Below are positions 9,633 through 20,447 of a DNA stretch of 64,000 nucleotides, piece by piece. How positions within the stretch are numbered: the first letter of the stretch is position 1; every line of letters begins with the position of its first letter. The notes under the pieces were generated by a model. That model made no database searches and had not been told where the DNA came from. It was given only the letters and a program-made list of their open reading frames with translations. Source of the DNA: a virus (taxonomy: Duplodnaviria; Caudoviricetes). Where the stretch lies: positions 1 through 64,000 of IMG/VR virus record IMGVR_UViG_3300020577_004796; one strand, 5' to 3'. The position numbers and the translations under genes were made by a program.

Positions 9633-10903
9633 TATCGTTTAAATATATCCTTACCGGGTTTTGTTATAGTTAATCTTGTTTTACTAGAACTACTTTCTTC
9701 TATTCCAGAAGATGTGCTTGCTCTATTACCTTGTTCTGTTTTTAATTTTTTTACAGTAGATTCTGTATTTGCGTTTTTACCTTTCTGAATAAGTGCATTT
9801 TCATAACCTTCTTCGTCTTCTAATAGCCATAAAACTTTAGCTATTTTACTGTAATTAGGTTCTTGATATTGAAACTTTTCCAAAAGGTGGCCCAATAGGT
9901 TTGTATTTCCGCCACTGATTGATTTATAATTAGCTTCGGTAAGGCCTGCGTATAACGCATTTTGTTTTTTAGAATCTATTTTAAGACCACCTATTTCAGC
10001 AGGCTTTAATACTTCATAAACATTCTGTCTGTATTTTTCAGCAGCCAGCCTTCTTTGTTCATTAATTCTATTCTGCTCTTCTATTTGAAATTGAACAGTT
10101 TGCTCTTGCATTCTATCCAATTTAGGCTTAAGCATCTTAGCTTTTTTATCTATTTGACCTAGATCTTTCCACTCTTCAACTTGTTCCTGTATTTCGGAAG
10201 TTTCCCAGTCTGGATTGGCGTTTCTTAAATATTGTACAACAATTGCTTCTTGATCATTTTCATTCTCAGGATCAAGTGATCTAACTTCTTCAACTCGACC
10301 TAATGCCTGGAAAAGACCCTTTAAGTCTCTACCATTCTTATTTATATAATAATCTGCTGCTAATTGTAATTCTTCCGGTAGTGAATCAAAAAACTGTTGT
10401 GGTATTTCTTCCTTTACTTTGTTTTCTTTGATTTTCACATTCTCATCGATCAGGGCGTGTAAGTCTTTCTTAGACAGTCCGGCTAGATATTCATCTACAG
10501 GAACTTTGTCATCGTAATCATCAAAAGGAACAAATTCTTTTAAATCTATCTTTTCTTTGACATATTCTACGAGGGCATCTTTACTCGTCTTTGCACGTCC
10601 AATGGAAGGATCTTCGTCTGGAACGTTTTCTAAATCTAGAAGCTGATCATTTAAATCAACTGGAATTTCAAACTTTTGCTCTGTTTCTTTTTCTTTTTCT
10701 TCATTTCCTATTGGTGCAGCTACTTCTGTTTTAGTCTTTTCTTCTATTACAGAATCTGTTTTAGGATTAAAGTTATTTAGAGCACTTGTATCAACAACAG
10801 CTCTAGAAAATATAGGAGCGGGCGTTAAAATAGAATTGCCGTCAAGACCTCCAAAATCATTTAAATCTATCTCTACTTCTGATAGAGTATTTACATCTTG
10901 CAT
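9632..10903 (-). CDS. Acidic coiled-coil protein upstream of MCP (scaffold-like)
   Basis: 423 aa, very D/E-rich and helical; occupies the conserved crAss-like slot between portal and MCP. Confidence 0.55.
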   Translation of the reverse strand: MQDVNTLSEVEIDLNDFGGLDGNSILTPAPIFSRAVVDTSALNNFNPKTDSVIEEKTKTEVAAPIGNEEKEKETEQKFEIPVDLNDQLLDLENVPDEDPSIGRAKTSKDALVEYVKEKIDLKEFVPFDDYDDKVPVDEYLAGLSKKDLHALIDENVKIKENKVKEEIPQQFFDSLPEELQLAADYYINKNGRDLKGLFQALGRVEEVRSLDPENENDQEAIVVQYLRNANPDWETSEIQEQVEEWKDLGQIDKKAKMLKPKLDRMQEQTVQFQIEEQNRINEQRRLAAEKYRQNVYEVLKPAEIGGLKIDSKKQNALYAGLTEANYKSISGGNTNLLGHLLEKFQYQEPNYSKIAKVLWLLEDEEGYENALIQKGKNANTESTVKKLKTEQGNRASTSSGIEESSSSKTRLTITKPGKDIFKR

Positions 10904-11043
10904 ACTTATTGGTTTTTATGGGAACTGTCTAGAAATATCGACAGTAAAAATATAATGAAAATATACTTACAAAGTTTAAAAAAAAAGTCGAGCGCGCGAC
11001 TAAGACTATTACGTATTTTTTGCTTTATCTTCTGCTTCAGTTG

Positions 11044-11325
11044 TCATATGAAATCTATTTTATTACTATATATGTCTATAACTTCTTCACCTTCATAAAC
11101 TCTACTAGTTTCTGAATATTGGTTATAATCTTTTAATAATAATATCATTTCTTCTATAGATTTGGTTCCAGTAACGTTACTCGTAAGACTTTCTATGAAT
11201 CTACGTTCTATAAAAAGATACACATCACTATATACCTGATTCCAACATTTCTGAACGATTGCTTCTGAAGCATTTGTTTCTATAAGGCCGCGCTCTATAC
11301 CATCACTAAATAATCTATATATCAT
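11044..11325 (-). CDS. Hypothetical protein
   Basis: 93 aa ORF co-oriented with the operon. Confidence 0.5.
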   Translation of the reverse strand: MIYRLFSDGIERGLIETNASEAIVQKCWNQVYSDVYLFIERRFIESLTSNVTGTKSIEEMILLLKDYNQYSETSRVYEGEEVIDIYSNKIDFI

Positions 11326-11328
11326 AAT

Positions 11329-14070
11329 TTATTTTTTTGCAGCTGGTTTAGGTTTCTGTGCATTTTTCTTTCGTAAAGCCATAAGCTCTTGCCTTGTACG
11401 ATTCTCTTCAGCTCGCACCTTATCTGCTTGCACTTTAAGATTATCTTGCTTTAATTTAGTATCATCAGCATGTTTTTGTCTGTCAAAATTCATTTGTTCT
11501 GTCCACTGTTGCTGACTTTGCATTTGCTCCATAGCATCTTGGAAAGCTCCTTCTGATGCTGCAGCGTCATCTGTTGACGCAGCTCTACCTGCTGACATTA
11601 TTTCAGCTATAAGAATTTTAGCTTGACGATCTTTTTCATTTTGAATGTCTTCGTGAGACCATTCTTTTTCAGCTAAATCTTGCTGCAAAGCAAGTTGCTC
11701 TTCATGTTGGCGTTTTTCCTGTTCTATTTCTGCTTGCCTTTCTTTTTGTTCTCTTTCTTCTATTTGTTTAAGATTGTCATTAAGATCTGCTAAGTTATTT
11801 ATTTGTAGGAGCTTACCCAGGTCAAAGATGGTGGCGCCAGTTGTATTATTATTTAATAATAACTGTTTGATATTAGATAATATTTGACGTGCGTTTACTT
11901 TAACTACAGGATAAACATTAATATCACGTAGAAGAAGCTGTGTGCCATCTATATTAAATACTACTTTTTCATTATTTGTAGTAATATATTGAAGCTGAAC
12001 TGAAGGATTTCTTGATTGATAATATTGAGCTAATTCAGTTCTCATCTGATGAACTCTTGGCATCAAATAATCACAATGCTCTATAAAATGCATTTCAGTT
12101 TGATCATAAGATTTTCTTATAGATTCCTCATATTCTTTTGCACTGGTTTCTTGACCAACAGCTTGTGCCATTCTCTGAGCGTTCATGCCTATTATTTTAT
12201 AACACTGCTGCTCGTAAAAATTAGATATATTAATTCTGGACATTAACCTATCTGTCTGGCTAAGATCCATATGAGTAAAATTATTAAAGTGACCCCCTTG
12301 CATATTCTGCAAAGAAGTATCTAAAGGCAGCATCTGAAAATTCTTCATTGCTAAAAATGCCTTTTGATAGCTATTGGGCCCCCAATCTTCTCCTAAGGAA
12401 TGTTTTGGAAGGGTGTTACCATCTAATAGAACAACCGTTCCTAATTCATCTATAAGAATATCTGCTATTTGGTTACAAACCATATTATAACCAATTTGTG
12501 AGGGTAACATTTTAGCTACCATTGGTACAGATACGGTATTTCTATCACCGAATACACAACCTTCTACTGGCAATTTAACTCCATAAAGATTGTCATCTCC
12601 TTTAAATTGAAACGGAAGCCTACCTGGCTTATTTGTAGTTATACCAATATACATTGGTTGAATACCACCAGGGTTATTCATACCCCACCAAGCAGGTCTA
12701 TTAGGGCCTATTTTAATACCACCCCATACATCATTAATCCAAATCCAATCTATATGTTCTCCATAGATAAGATTATATTTAGACTCTTCTTTATATAAAG
12801 TTGTATCATATTTTGGTTTACAGGTAACTACATAGTTTTCATCAACTATGTCCATTTCTGGAATACCCTGTTCATTTATCTTTGTTAAGTGACCTACTTT
12901 TCTTTGGCTTTTCCAGTAGATGGTGGTTACTCGGAGTAAATAGGATTGCCCAAAATCTTGAAGATCCTCTGAACCCATTAAAATTTCCTGCACAACGTCT
13001 CCATTTCTGTTTGTAACGTCATATTCAGAAACAAATTGGCGATATTGTAAAGACGGCATTTGTGTATTCCAATCATGAGAATGAGTAGAATCATAATAAG
13101 ATCCATCATTTTGCATGTTTCCTAAGAGATAACCAGCTGCTCTAATTGGATAAATTGCTTCTATATTTTTAATTTGGTCAGCAGTCATCAACCACCCATA
13201 TTTATCTACAACATCAGCAGCAGTCATAAGATCGATCATGCCAACATAATTAGCTTGAGAGATCCAACGTCTATCTGGTGATTTATGATAAAAGACTTGA
13301 GGAGGATTCCAAAGTTCTACTTCATAATCATTTTCTTTCATTTTCTGATGCCAGAACTCAGAATCTGTAATAAGTTTGTCAGTAAACCCACGCTCTTCCA
13401 ATTCGTCCATATGAAAGCGTTGGTCATCAACTTGCTTTTGATGCTCTGCCCACTCTACATAAATATTACGATAACCAGTTCTGTAGAACTGTTCCAGGTT
13501 AGGGAGTTGTTTTAGTGCATCTGGTTGTAATTGAGCCTGTGCTTCTGGAGTATTCATATCAACTCCCATTTTAGAGAGTTTCAGTTGAACCTTCATCTCA
13601 GCCTGGGCAAGAAGAATTGATTCTAGCTTTTCAGACTTATCTTGTTCCATTTCAGAAGTAGATATTGGATCTACTGCCTGAAACATTAATTTTGCTTGTC
13701 TTTTAGAAAATTCAGTACGAAATGAATCTATTATTGTTGGAATTAACGGATAAAATTTTAATTCCAGCATTTCTTGAGTATTTTCAGTAAGAGTCTCTAG
13801 CATTTGACTCATATCTGAATTTTCCTCTTTTATATAATCAGATCTTTCTATTATTCCCCTAGCAGCTTTATAGAACTTAAGTAACTTTGGGGCACGACGT
13901 TTCATTTGTTTTATGCCCTGCCATTCCAAAAAGTCCATATTCCAACCCACCCACTGTTCATCCTTCTCTTCAAAAGGTATCATCTGGAGTGGCTGTGTTA
14001 AACTGCCAAGTATATTGTTTTTAGTTTTAGCCCCCTTAAGAAGCGACATTGCGTTTAAAATTTTACTCAT
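11329..14070 (-). CDS. Portal protein (crAss-like)
   Basis: 913 aa with LKFYPLIPTII motif and C-terminal coiled-coil; between terminase and MCP. Confidence 0.8.
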   Translation of the reverse strand: MSKILNAMSLLKGAKTKNNILGSLTQPLQMIPFEEKDEQWVGWNMDFLEWQGIKQMKRRAPKLLKFYKAARGIIERSDYIKEENSDMSQMLETLTENTQEMLELKFYPLIPTIIDSFRTEFSKRQAKLMFQAVDPISTSEMEQDKSEKLESILLAQAEMKVQLKLSKMGVDMNTPEAQAQLQPDALKQLPNLEQFYRTGYRNIYVEWAEHQKQVDDQRFHMDELEERGFTDKLITDSEFWHQKMKENDYEVELWNPPQVFYHKSPDRRWISQANYVGMIDLMTAADVVDKYGWLMTADQIKNIEAIYPIRAAGYLLGNMQNDGSYYDSTHSHDWNTQMPSLQYRQFVSEYDVTNRNGDVVQEILMGSEDLQDFGQSYLLRVTTIYWKSQRKVGHLTKINEQGIPEMDIVDENYVVTCKPKYDTTLYKEESKYNLIYGEHIDWIWINDVWGGIKIGPNRPAWWGMNNPGGIQPMYIGITTNKPGRLPFQFKGDDNLYGVKLPVEGCVFGDRNTVSVPMVAKMLPSQIGYNMVCNQIADILIDELGTVVLLDGNTLPKHSLGEDWGPNSYQKAFLAMKNFQMLPLDTSLQNMQGGHFNNFTHMDLSQTDRLMSRINISNFYEQQCYKIIGMNAQRMAQAVGQETSAKEYEESIRKSYDQTEMHFIEHCDYLMPRVHQMRTELAQYYQSRNPSVQLQYITTNNEKVVFNIDGTQLLLRDINVYPVVKVNARQILSNIKQLLLNNNTTGATIFDLGKLLQINNLADLNDNLKQIEEREQKERQAEIEQEKRQHEEQLALQQDLAEKEWSHEDIQNEKDRQAKILIAEIMSAGRAASTDDAAASEGAFQDAMEQMQSQQQWTEQMNFDRQKHADDTKLKQDNLKVQADKVRAEENRTRQELMALRKKNAQKPKPAAKK

Positions 14071-14740
14071 TTGTTAGCTTTTTAAAATCACTCATATAAA
14101 CAATATTTGTTTTATTTCTACTTTGTCCAGCTAACATAGCATTAAGAGTAGTTCTTTTCATATTTAAATACAAAGCTGCTTCTTTTATATTTTTAAATAT
14201 TTTATTTGTTTTTGTATCTATAACTTGTTTTGAAACAACATTTTTTAATTTTTGCATTCCTTCTTCTGAAAACTGTCTTTTTTGTCCAGTTATCGCTTTT
14301 TTCATTTTTTCTATTCTTTCTTTAGAATGCTTTTTTCCTAACTGTACATTTCTATTAATTTCCTTATGCCATTCTGGCAATGGTTTCCCAAAATTTGGAT
14401 TATTTTCTCCAGACAAAGAAAGGGATCGTTTTAATCTCGTATATGTAGATTGAACAACTCCTAAAACTCCCTCTCCACCATCTGTTAAATTACATAAAGT
14501 TCCGGTTCCTGTATTTATTCTACCAATTCTTTCTATTAATTCTACTTCTATTTTACACGCTTCTTCCCATGTTAAATTGTCATATATTATATTAATAATA
14601 TAATCTGGATTTCTTTTTACAATAGCTTGCCATAATTTATTTCTCCCCTTTGTAGTATAAGCTCTTTTTATAGTTTTTCCTATACCAACGTAAAAAATTT
14701 CATTTTTATCTGGTCTTATATGTTGATATACTATAGCCAT
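14063..14740 (-). CDS. Free-standing GIY-YIG-like homing endonuclease (NUMOD3 plus C-terminal NUMOD1-like)
   Basis: VYQHIRPDKNEIFYVGIGK, CNLTDGGEG, HSKERIEKM, F.NIKEAALYL. Confidence 0.8.
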   Translation of the reverse strand: MAIVYQHIRPDKNEIFYVGIGKTIKRAYTTKGRNKLWQAIVKRNPDYIINIIYDNLTWEEACKIEVELIERIGRINTGTGTLCNLTDGGEGVLGVVQSTYTRLKRSLSLSGENNPNFGKPLPEWHKEINRNVQLGKKHSKERIEKMKKAITGQKRQFSEEGMQKLKNVVSKQVIDTKTNKIFKNIKEAALYLNMKRTTLNAMLAGQSRNKTNIVYMSDFKKLTNE

Positions 14741-14742
14741 CG

Positions 14743-16947
14743 TTATCTGTAATGTTTAAATGGCGAACCCTTTGAATAAGGATTAGCCTTTTTAGGACCT
14801 GTCGGACCAGTCCCATACAAGAAGTTACGAAAATTATCTGAACTTTCCAAATTTTTCTCTTCTTTTTCTACTTTTCTGTGAAATCCCAGGTTAGCCTGTT
14901 GAATTTTAGCAAAAGTAACCAACGCACAATAAGCTACAATTCGGTCATAGTTTCCCTTACCGTCTTCATAAGCCATCATTTCTCTAAGCAGCATTATATC
15001 AGGAATTCGTTCTATACCATATGTATTTTTAACAACAATTTGGGTATCTTGCTTATAGACCGTATCTAAAACTTCCTTAAGATATTCAATTCCGTAGCCT
15101 AATAGGTGATTCCAAACAGGAACTGAATTCTTCCAACCATACTCTTGATAAGTTTCAGATTGACCCTTCATATCTTTATTAAATACCAAGAGCTGAGATC
15201 TTGGCACCAACATATGTTGTTTTTTCTGATTTATCATATGTGTTATAAAGTTTGACTTATTTGCTTCCACAATAGTCCAAGCGTTATAAAGATCTATTAA
15301 CATCTCAGCTCTATCATGAGTTTTATTAATATCATCAAATCTACCGCACCACCAAGCTACTATCTTATCACCTTCTAATCTATTTTCTATTTTCTTATCT
15401 AATCCAATTTTAGTTACTTCTGTAGTTGCTTTATAGATATATATAGAAAATAATGAATCTGAAGTACTAGTTTTACCACTGTCAACGGGATCGACGCTAG
15501 CATAATAAGTTCCCCAATCAATTCTTCCTTCTGGTGGACGTTCGTGTATACAAACAACCCCCTCTTTATTTTCCATTCCCCTTTTTATTGGGAAATCTAT
15601 TATTGGTAGATCGTTAGTTCTTTTGATTTCTACTTTCCCCTTATCATCTCTTTCTAACTTTACATGCTCAATTGGATATTCTTTATCTTCAATTCTTTTA
15701 ATTTGTTTGCTGACCAGGTGCATGGGGAACACTGATTCATTTCTATAAGCAAAAGCTTCATGTATGTTAATTGGTTTCTGAGAAATTCTAAGTTGATAAA
15801 GCGATGCACTCAGTTCCTTTTTCCATACAAGGCGTTCTTCTGCGATAGCTTTTAATGATTCTTCTACTAAAGAATTACCATACTTATCTATATATGGAGG
15901 CATTGACCATTGTTCTGGTATAAATAATCCAGATTTTCCTAGGGTTCCTTTCTCGTCCAGAAGGTTGGTGTCCACTGGGTATATACCGTGTGCTTCCGGA
16001 TAAAGCATCATTTGCTTCAAAGGCTGACACTTAGCAAGATCACCTACGGAACCAGCAGCTATAAATAATCCAGTAGTTATCATACCACTGGATAAGGCTG
16101 GTCTAATAAATTCATAAGTTGTGTCCATTTTTGGAGCTATACCAGCTTCTTCATGATAAAATATAGTGGTTGAACCACCTACACCAGACGTAGGATCATT
16201 TTCAAAAGAGTAACCAGTTATTGTGGAGTCATTACCAATATAAATCTCTTTACCATCAACTGTACCCTTAGCTCGTTGTTGCCATGTCAAAGTTTTATCA
16301 GGATCGCATCCTCTATACCAACCAGTGTTTCTGTTTAGAACCTTTCTGTATTCATTAAGAAATTTCCAGTCACCTTTTTCATTGATATAGTCTTTAAGAG
16401 AAGCGCCTATTTTTAAAGTAGCTCCCTCTTCAAACCAGAATTGATTTATAATCTTAGCCAGGTGAAAGTAGGAGGAACCAATTTGTCGTTTCTTTAACAA
16501 CGCCACGTGTGTGTAGTGTAGCTCTGCTAAGTGTTCATATAATGCTATATGATAGTGGGTGTCCCATATTTCTGGAAAAAAGAAACCCTTCTTGGCTTTA
16601 TCGTATATTTTAAGAAAGTTAATCCAAAAATAATAATCCCTGGTTAAGTACCAAGTTTTACCATTATTGTTGAATATTACTCCTTTTCTACATTTATCTT
16701 TTTCTTGTTTACCCCAATAATGAAGATAGTCCCTAGAATTGAGTGGGTCTTTAGTATAAAGTCCATCTATGGCAAATCTTCTAGCCTGTTCATTGAATTT
16801 TTCAATAGTTTCGTCAAATGCATATTGGCCGGGCTCCTTGAATAGCGATTTAACGAATTCCTTGTACTCTTCTCTGTCATTAAATACAGTAGTAGTCCAT
16901 TGGCCTTCAGTCCAAGTTGGTATCTCTATATAGGGCTCTAAATTCAT
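14743..16947 (-). CDS. terL: Terminase large subunit
   Basis: 734 aa; LKKRQIGSSY Walker A region, FYHEEAG Walker B, nuclease ASVDPVD and C-terminal NYDRIVA. Confidence 0.9.
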   Translation of the reverse strand: MNLEPYIEIPTWTEGQWTTTVFNDREEYKEFVKSLFKEPGQYAFDETIEKFNEQARRFAIDGLYTKDPLNSRDYLHYWGKQEKDKCRKGVIFNNNGKTWYLTRDYYFWINFLKIYDKAKKGFFFPEIWDTHYHIALYEHLAELHYTHVALLKKRQIGSSYFHLAKIINQFWFEEGATLKIGASLKDYINEKGDWKFLNEYRKVLNRNTGWYRGCDPDKTLTWQQRAKGTVDGKEIYIGNDSTITGYSFENDPTSGVGGSTTIFYHEEAGIAPKMDTTYEFIRPALSSGMITTGLFIAAGSVGDLAKCQPLKQMMLYPEAHGIYPVDTNLLDEKGTLGKSGLFIPEQWSMPPYIDKYGNSLVEESLKAIAEERLVWKKELSASLYQLRISQKPINIHEAFAYRNESVFPMHLVSKQIKRIEDKEYPIEHVKLERDDKGKVEIKRTNDLPIIDFPIKRGMENKEGVVCIHERPPEGRIDWGTYYASVDPVDSGKTSTSDSLFSIYIYKATTEVTKIGLDKKIENRLEGDKIVAWWCGRFDDINKTHDRAEMLIDLYNAWTIVEANKSNFITHMINQKKQHMLVPRSQLLVFNKDMKGQSETYQEYGWKNSVPVWNHLLGYGIEYLKEVLDTVYKQDTQIVVKNTYGIERIPDIMLLREMMAYEDGKGNYDRIVAYCALVTFAKIQQANLGFHRKVEKEEKNLESSDNFRNFLYGTGPTGPKKANPYSKGSPFKHYR

Positions 16948-17618
16948 TTCTTATTTTTACTGTAAACTTCTAATATTTCGTTTACTATTTCGTCTCGATG
17001 ATTTTCTAATAATGTAACAATAGCGTAATCCTTAACGTATCTCATATTATCACATATAAAGTCAAAACCTGAATTCTTTTCGTCTTTTAAATCTATCTGA
17101 TCAGTATCTCCACAAAAAATAAGTTTAGATCCTTTACACAAACGAGTTTGTAAAAGTTTAAGCTGTCTATGTGTAAGATTCTGTGATTCATCTATAACAG
17201 CTACACAATTTTTAAGATTGCGACCGCGCATGAGGCCTACTGGTATAATTCTTATACGATCTTCTTTTATTAAATTATCTATTGATTCTTTTCCATAAAG
17301 ATCATACAGGGCGTCTTGTAAGGGGGCAATATAAGGTTCAAGCTTAGAATCAATTCCACCTGGTAAAATACCAACCTCTTCCCCTGCTGTTACTATAGAT
17401 CTAGATAAGATGATTCTATCTATTTCTTTATGAAACAACATGTCCAGAGCAACTTGAATGGCAACCATTGTTTTACCTGATCCTGCCATCCCTCTAAGCA
17501 CAGTAACTTTATTTGCTAATATTTGTTCCTTTGCTTCTCGTTGTTCCTTATTTAATTCTATTCTAAAATGAATTGGATTTTTTGTTACTTTTACTTTTCT
17601 TTTAGGTGTTTGTTCCAT
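16944..17618 (-). CDS. phoH: PhoH-family ATPase
   Basis: GMAGSGKT Walker A, MRGRN, VIDESQN, GDTDQID, NHR motifs. Confidence 0.92.
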   Translation of the reverse strand: MEQTPKRKVKVTKNPIHFRIELNKEQREAKEQILANKVTVLRGMAGSGKTMVAIQVALDMLFHKEIDRIILSRSIVTAGEEVGILPGGIDSKLEPYIAPLQDALYDLYGKESIDNLIKEDRIRIIPVGLMRGRNLKNCVAVIDESQNLTHRQLKLLQTRLCKGSKLIFCGDTDQIDLKDEKNSGFDFICDNMRYVKDYAIVTLLENHRDEIVNEILEVYSKNKK

Positions 17619-18188
17619 TTATATTTGTTTTGAATGAATCCAGTAATTTTGATTTAAAAAGTTATATGTGTTTGTTGTGTATTCTGTTGCTATCCAACTT
17701 AAAATAGTATCATCCGCAACTGATATATTTTTATTTACAAAGTCTTCTGTTAATTCGTATACTTTTTCATAAGTTAATACTTTTTGTAAAAGTTCGCTTT
17801 TAAATATTAATAACTGACCAGAGAAGTGACGTTTATTATTATCATCCTGTATTCCACCAAAATCGAACTCGTGTTCTAAGGGATTTTTTAAAATCTGAAT
17901 ATCGGAATCAACTATAACAACATATTTATAGTTTCTTATTTTAATTTCTTTTAATTTTTTAATGTAAGGAATTACATTACCTCTACCCCCATAATTATCA
18001 TAGCTGGGGTGATACCACATGTTGAATTCAGAATCTCCAAATGTATTATAATCATCATCTTCTGCAAATATAATTATTTCTATATTTGGAATTTTTTCTA
18101 AGAACGATTTATGACATCTTAACGCAATCAGTTCATCTCTTTTACAAACTCTAATTATTATTAAGTTTTTCATATTTAATTGATCCAT
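17619..18188 (-). CDS. Glycosyltransferase-like protein (GT-A fold)
   Basis: VIVDSDI DxD motif followed by FSGQLLIF; in sugar gene cluster. Confidence 0.55.
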   Translation of the reverse strand: MDQLNMKNLIIIRVCKRDELIALRCHKSFLEKIPNIEIIIFAEDDDYNTFGDSEFNMWYHPSYDNYGGRGNVIPYIKKLKEIKIRNYKYVVIVDSDIQILKNPLEHEFDFGGIQDDNNKRHFSGQLLIFKSELLQKVLTYEKVYELTEDFVNKNISVADDTILSWIATEYTTNTYNFLNQNYWIHSKQI

Positions 18189-18775
18189 TCAATTCTTGTT
18201 TCTAATAAAACACCACCTAATTGCATTTTATTAAACTTAGTAACATCTATAGAATTTGATACTAAAGCTGCACAAGCTCCTTTTGTGTTCACATTCAATC
18301 TATACTTAAATAAGTGCCAAATTTTATCTAATTTATAATCACCCGCTCCTACTGCTTCAGTATCGTGTATTACTATTAAAGGAACTTTGTTACTTATTTT
18401 TTCAATCAATTCCCAGCGTTCTTCTCCAGGTGAATGGTCAACCAGACAAATATCAATATTATCTATTGATTCAATAATTGAATATGGAGTTCTATCACAT
18501 ATTAATTTGTGATTATTTGATTCCATGAATTTATATTTATCCAGCCACTCTTGACTATAATCATAAGAAATAAGATTTCTGTTATTATTTACTAAACAGT
18601 GAAGATGTGATGTACTCCCGTCACCGCAACCCAATTCTACTATAGCGCCTTCTTTTAAAATATTACAAGCTAGATATAATAAAGATCTATGATTGCACCA
18701 GTTTAAAATGCCATTTAAAAAACCACAATTGTCTTCTTTTTCTATTTGGTTTAACCAATCTTGAGTAAATTCCAT
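18176..18775 (-). CDS. Class I SAM-dependent methyltransferase-like protein
   Basis: IVELGCGDGST motif I; CLVDH and IVIHDTE strands. Confidence 0.65.
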   Translation of the reverse strand: MEFTQDWLNQIEKEDNCGFLNGILNWCNHRSLLYLACNILKEGAIVELGCGDGSTSHLHCLVNNNRNLISYDYSQEWLDKYKFMESNNHKLICDRTPYSIIESIDNIDICLVDHSPGEERWELIEKISNKVPLIVIHDTEAVGAGDYKLDKIWHLFKYRLNVNTKGACAALVSNSIDVTKFNKMQLGGVLLETRIEWIN

Positions 18776-19575
18776 TATAAATTAAATATTTTTTTAAAAC
18801 TTAATTTGTAGTTATCAATCCATTTCCAATCTACTTCTGGATAAATTGAAGTACACATATCTACCAATCTATCGGTTCCTGCGTCTCCCCAGGCTTCTCC
18901 AGAGAGGTGGCAATCATGGATTTGAACTTTTGGCTTTATCCAATTATATCTATCCCATCTTCCTAATGGTAACCCACTATTTCCTGGATCAGTTCCACGA
19001 TGTATGAAATTAACAGAATGAAAACCCTGAAGAGTTCTAAGCTTACCAGTAAGTATATCTTGATCACATCCCCAAGCAATGTACCAGTCTCCAGCTTCTT
19101 TGCGAGCAAATGTTTCTAAATCCGCATCCACATTAAAAGGAGCAAATAACTCTTTCCATTTTTTTACTGGCATTCCTACATAACACATTGGAATTTGACT
19201 AAAGCCTGTTAAATCATACCCAAACGAATTTACTTTATCATAATCTCTATTGAGAAAGTCAGAAGCTATAAACATGTCTGCATCTGACATAATACAATAA
19301 TCATCATCAGGATAATCCTTAGCCATATACATTCTTTCACATTGTGTATATAATGCTTTATTTTGTGTAGTAGAAACTTTATTTATATGTTTAAAATCAA
19401 ACTTTACATCAAGATCTAATAATGTCCTAATGATTAACTCAGATTGTTCGCTGTTTACATTGTTAAACACAATATAAGGAATCCACCCTTGAATGGACCA
19501 ACTTTTACATACAAATGGTAATAAATATAAATAGCTGGGGTTATCGTCTACAGCTAGCATTACTCGTTTAGTCAT
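18775..19575 (-). CDS. Putative glycosyltransferase-like protein
   Basis: IMSDADMF DxD motif, WGCDQDILT; cluster context. Confidence 0.5.
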   Translation of the reverse strand: MTKRVMLAVDDNPSYLYLLPFVCKSWSIQGWIPYIVFNNVNSEQSELIIRTLLDLDVKFDFKHINKVSTTQNKALYTQCERMYMAKDYPDDDYCIMSDADMFIASDFLNRDYDKVNSFGYDLTGFSQIPMCYVGMPVKKWKELFAPFNVDADLETFARKEAGDWYIAWGCDQDILTGKLRTLQGFHSVNFIHRGTDPGNSGLPLGRWDRYNWIKPKVQIHDCHLSGEAWGDAGTDRLVDMCTSIYPEVDWKWIDNYKLSFKKIFNL

Positions 19576-20446
19576 TATTTTCTTTTTTTAACATTTCTGA
19601 AGTTATGTGCCAATAAAATATATCTGGATATTTACGTTCTATCTGTTCAAAATATTCAGAGTTCTTTTCGTGTTTTTGTAAAAACTTAAGAACTGGTTCC
19701 ATTATAAATCCAGCTTGACCAATATGATTAACTAAAATATTAGTTTCCCTCATAGCAGGGGGGATATCTTCTACAGTAATATCTTGAATGTAATTAAAAC
19801 AATCGCCTCTAAATGATTGAGGTAGGCCAAGTACGTAATGCTCAGTCATAGATTTTGATACTCTTGGTAAAACAACTTGATTAAGAAAAGTCTGATCACT
19901 ACCTTTCTGGGAAAGATTTATTGTTTTATCGAGTTCTAGCATTCTTTCAAATGTTCTGACTTCTAAACACTTCCTTAGTTCATTTGTTTGAAAGCCTATC
20001 ATTCCACCCATAAGTGGTATTCCATGCGATGTGCTATCAGTTATAGCATGCGCTACTCTACCATTTTTTATCCAATAATCAACAGCTTGACGTTCTCTAT
20101 AGGTTGGTAAGGAATCAATGTCCCTGCAAATAATTCTATCGTATTTTTGAACTCCTTCAGTATCTTGTAAAAACACAGGAACCATTCTAAATAACATCAT
20201 CTCACATAATGGTTTTCTAGGCATTACTGAAATATTAAGAGTTCTCCTGTTTACATGATAGTCAAAGAATTCTTTATAAGGAGAATTATATGTTTGCTCG
20301 TCCAGGGTAAGGTGCATTATCCACTGTGGGAACAATAATTTATACATTCTTAGATTTAAAGAAAGATAGCGTATGTAACTTTTAAAATCATAACAGTTAT
20401 CATAACTAGCGTCATATCCAAATAAAGCTTGTGATATACAATTCAT
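19568..20446 (-). CDS. Putative glycosyltransferase-like protein
   Basis: MLFRM.P, ICRDIDS DxD, RERQAV..W, LMGGMIG and DQTFL motifs. Confidence 0.5.
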   Translation of the reverse strand: MNCISQALFGYDASYDNCYDFKSYIRYLSLNLRMYKLLFPQWIMHLTLDEQTYNSPYKEFFDYHVNRRTLNISVMPRKPLCEMMLFRMVPVFLQDTEGVQKYDRIICRDIDSLPTYRERQAVDYWIKNGRVAHAITDSTSHGIPLMGGMIGFQTNELRKCLEVRTFERMLELDKTINLSQKGSDQTFLNQVVLPRVSKSMTEHYVLGLPQSFRGDCFNYIQDITVEDIPPAMRETNILVNHIGQAGFIMEPVLKFLQKHEKNSEYFEQIERKYPDIFYWHITSEMLKKENND

Positions 20447-20447
20447 A

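Noticed and set aside
14743-16947. Intein in terminase (also checked polB and helicase)
   Set aside because: No C/S...HN splice motifs or LAGLIDADG blocks, and lengths fit intein-free proteins
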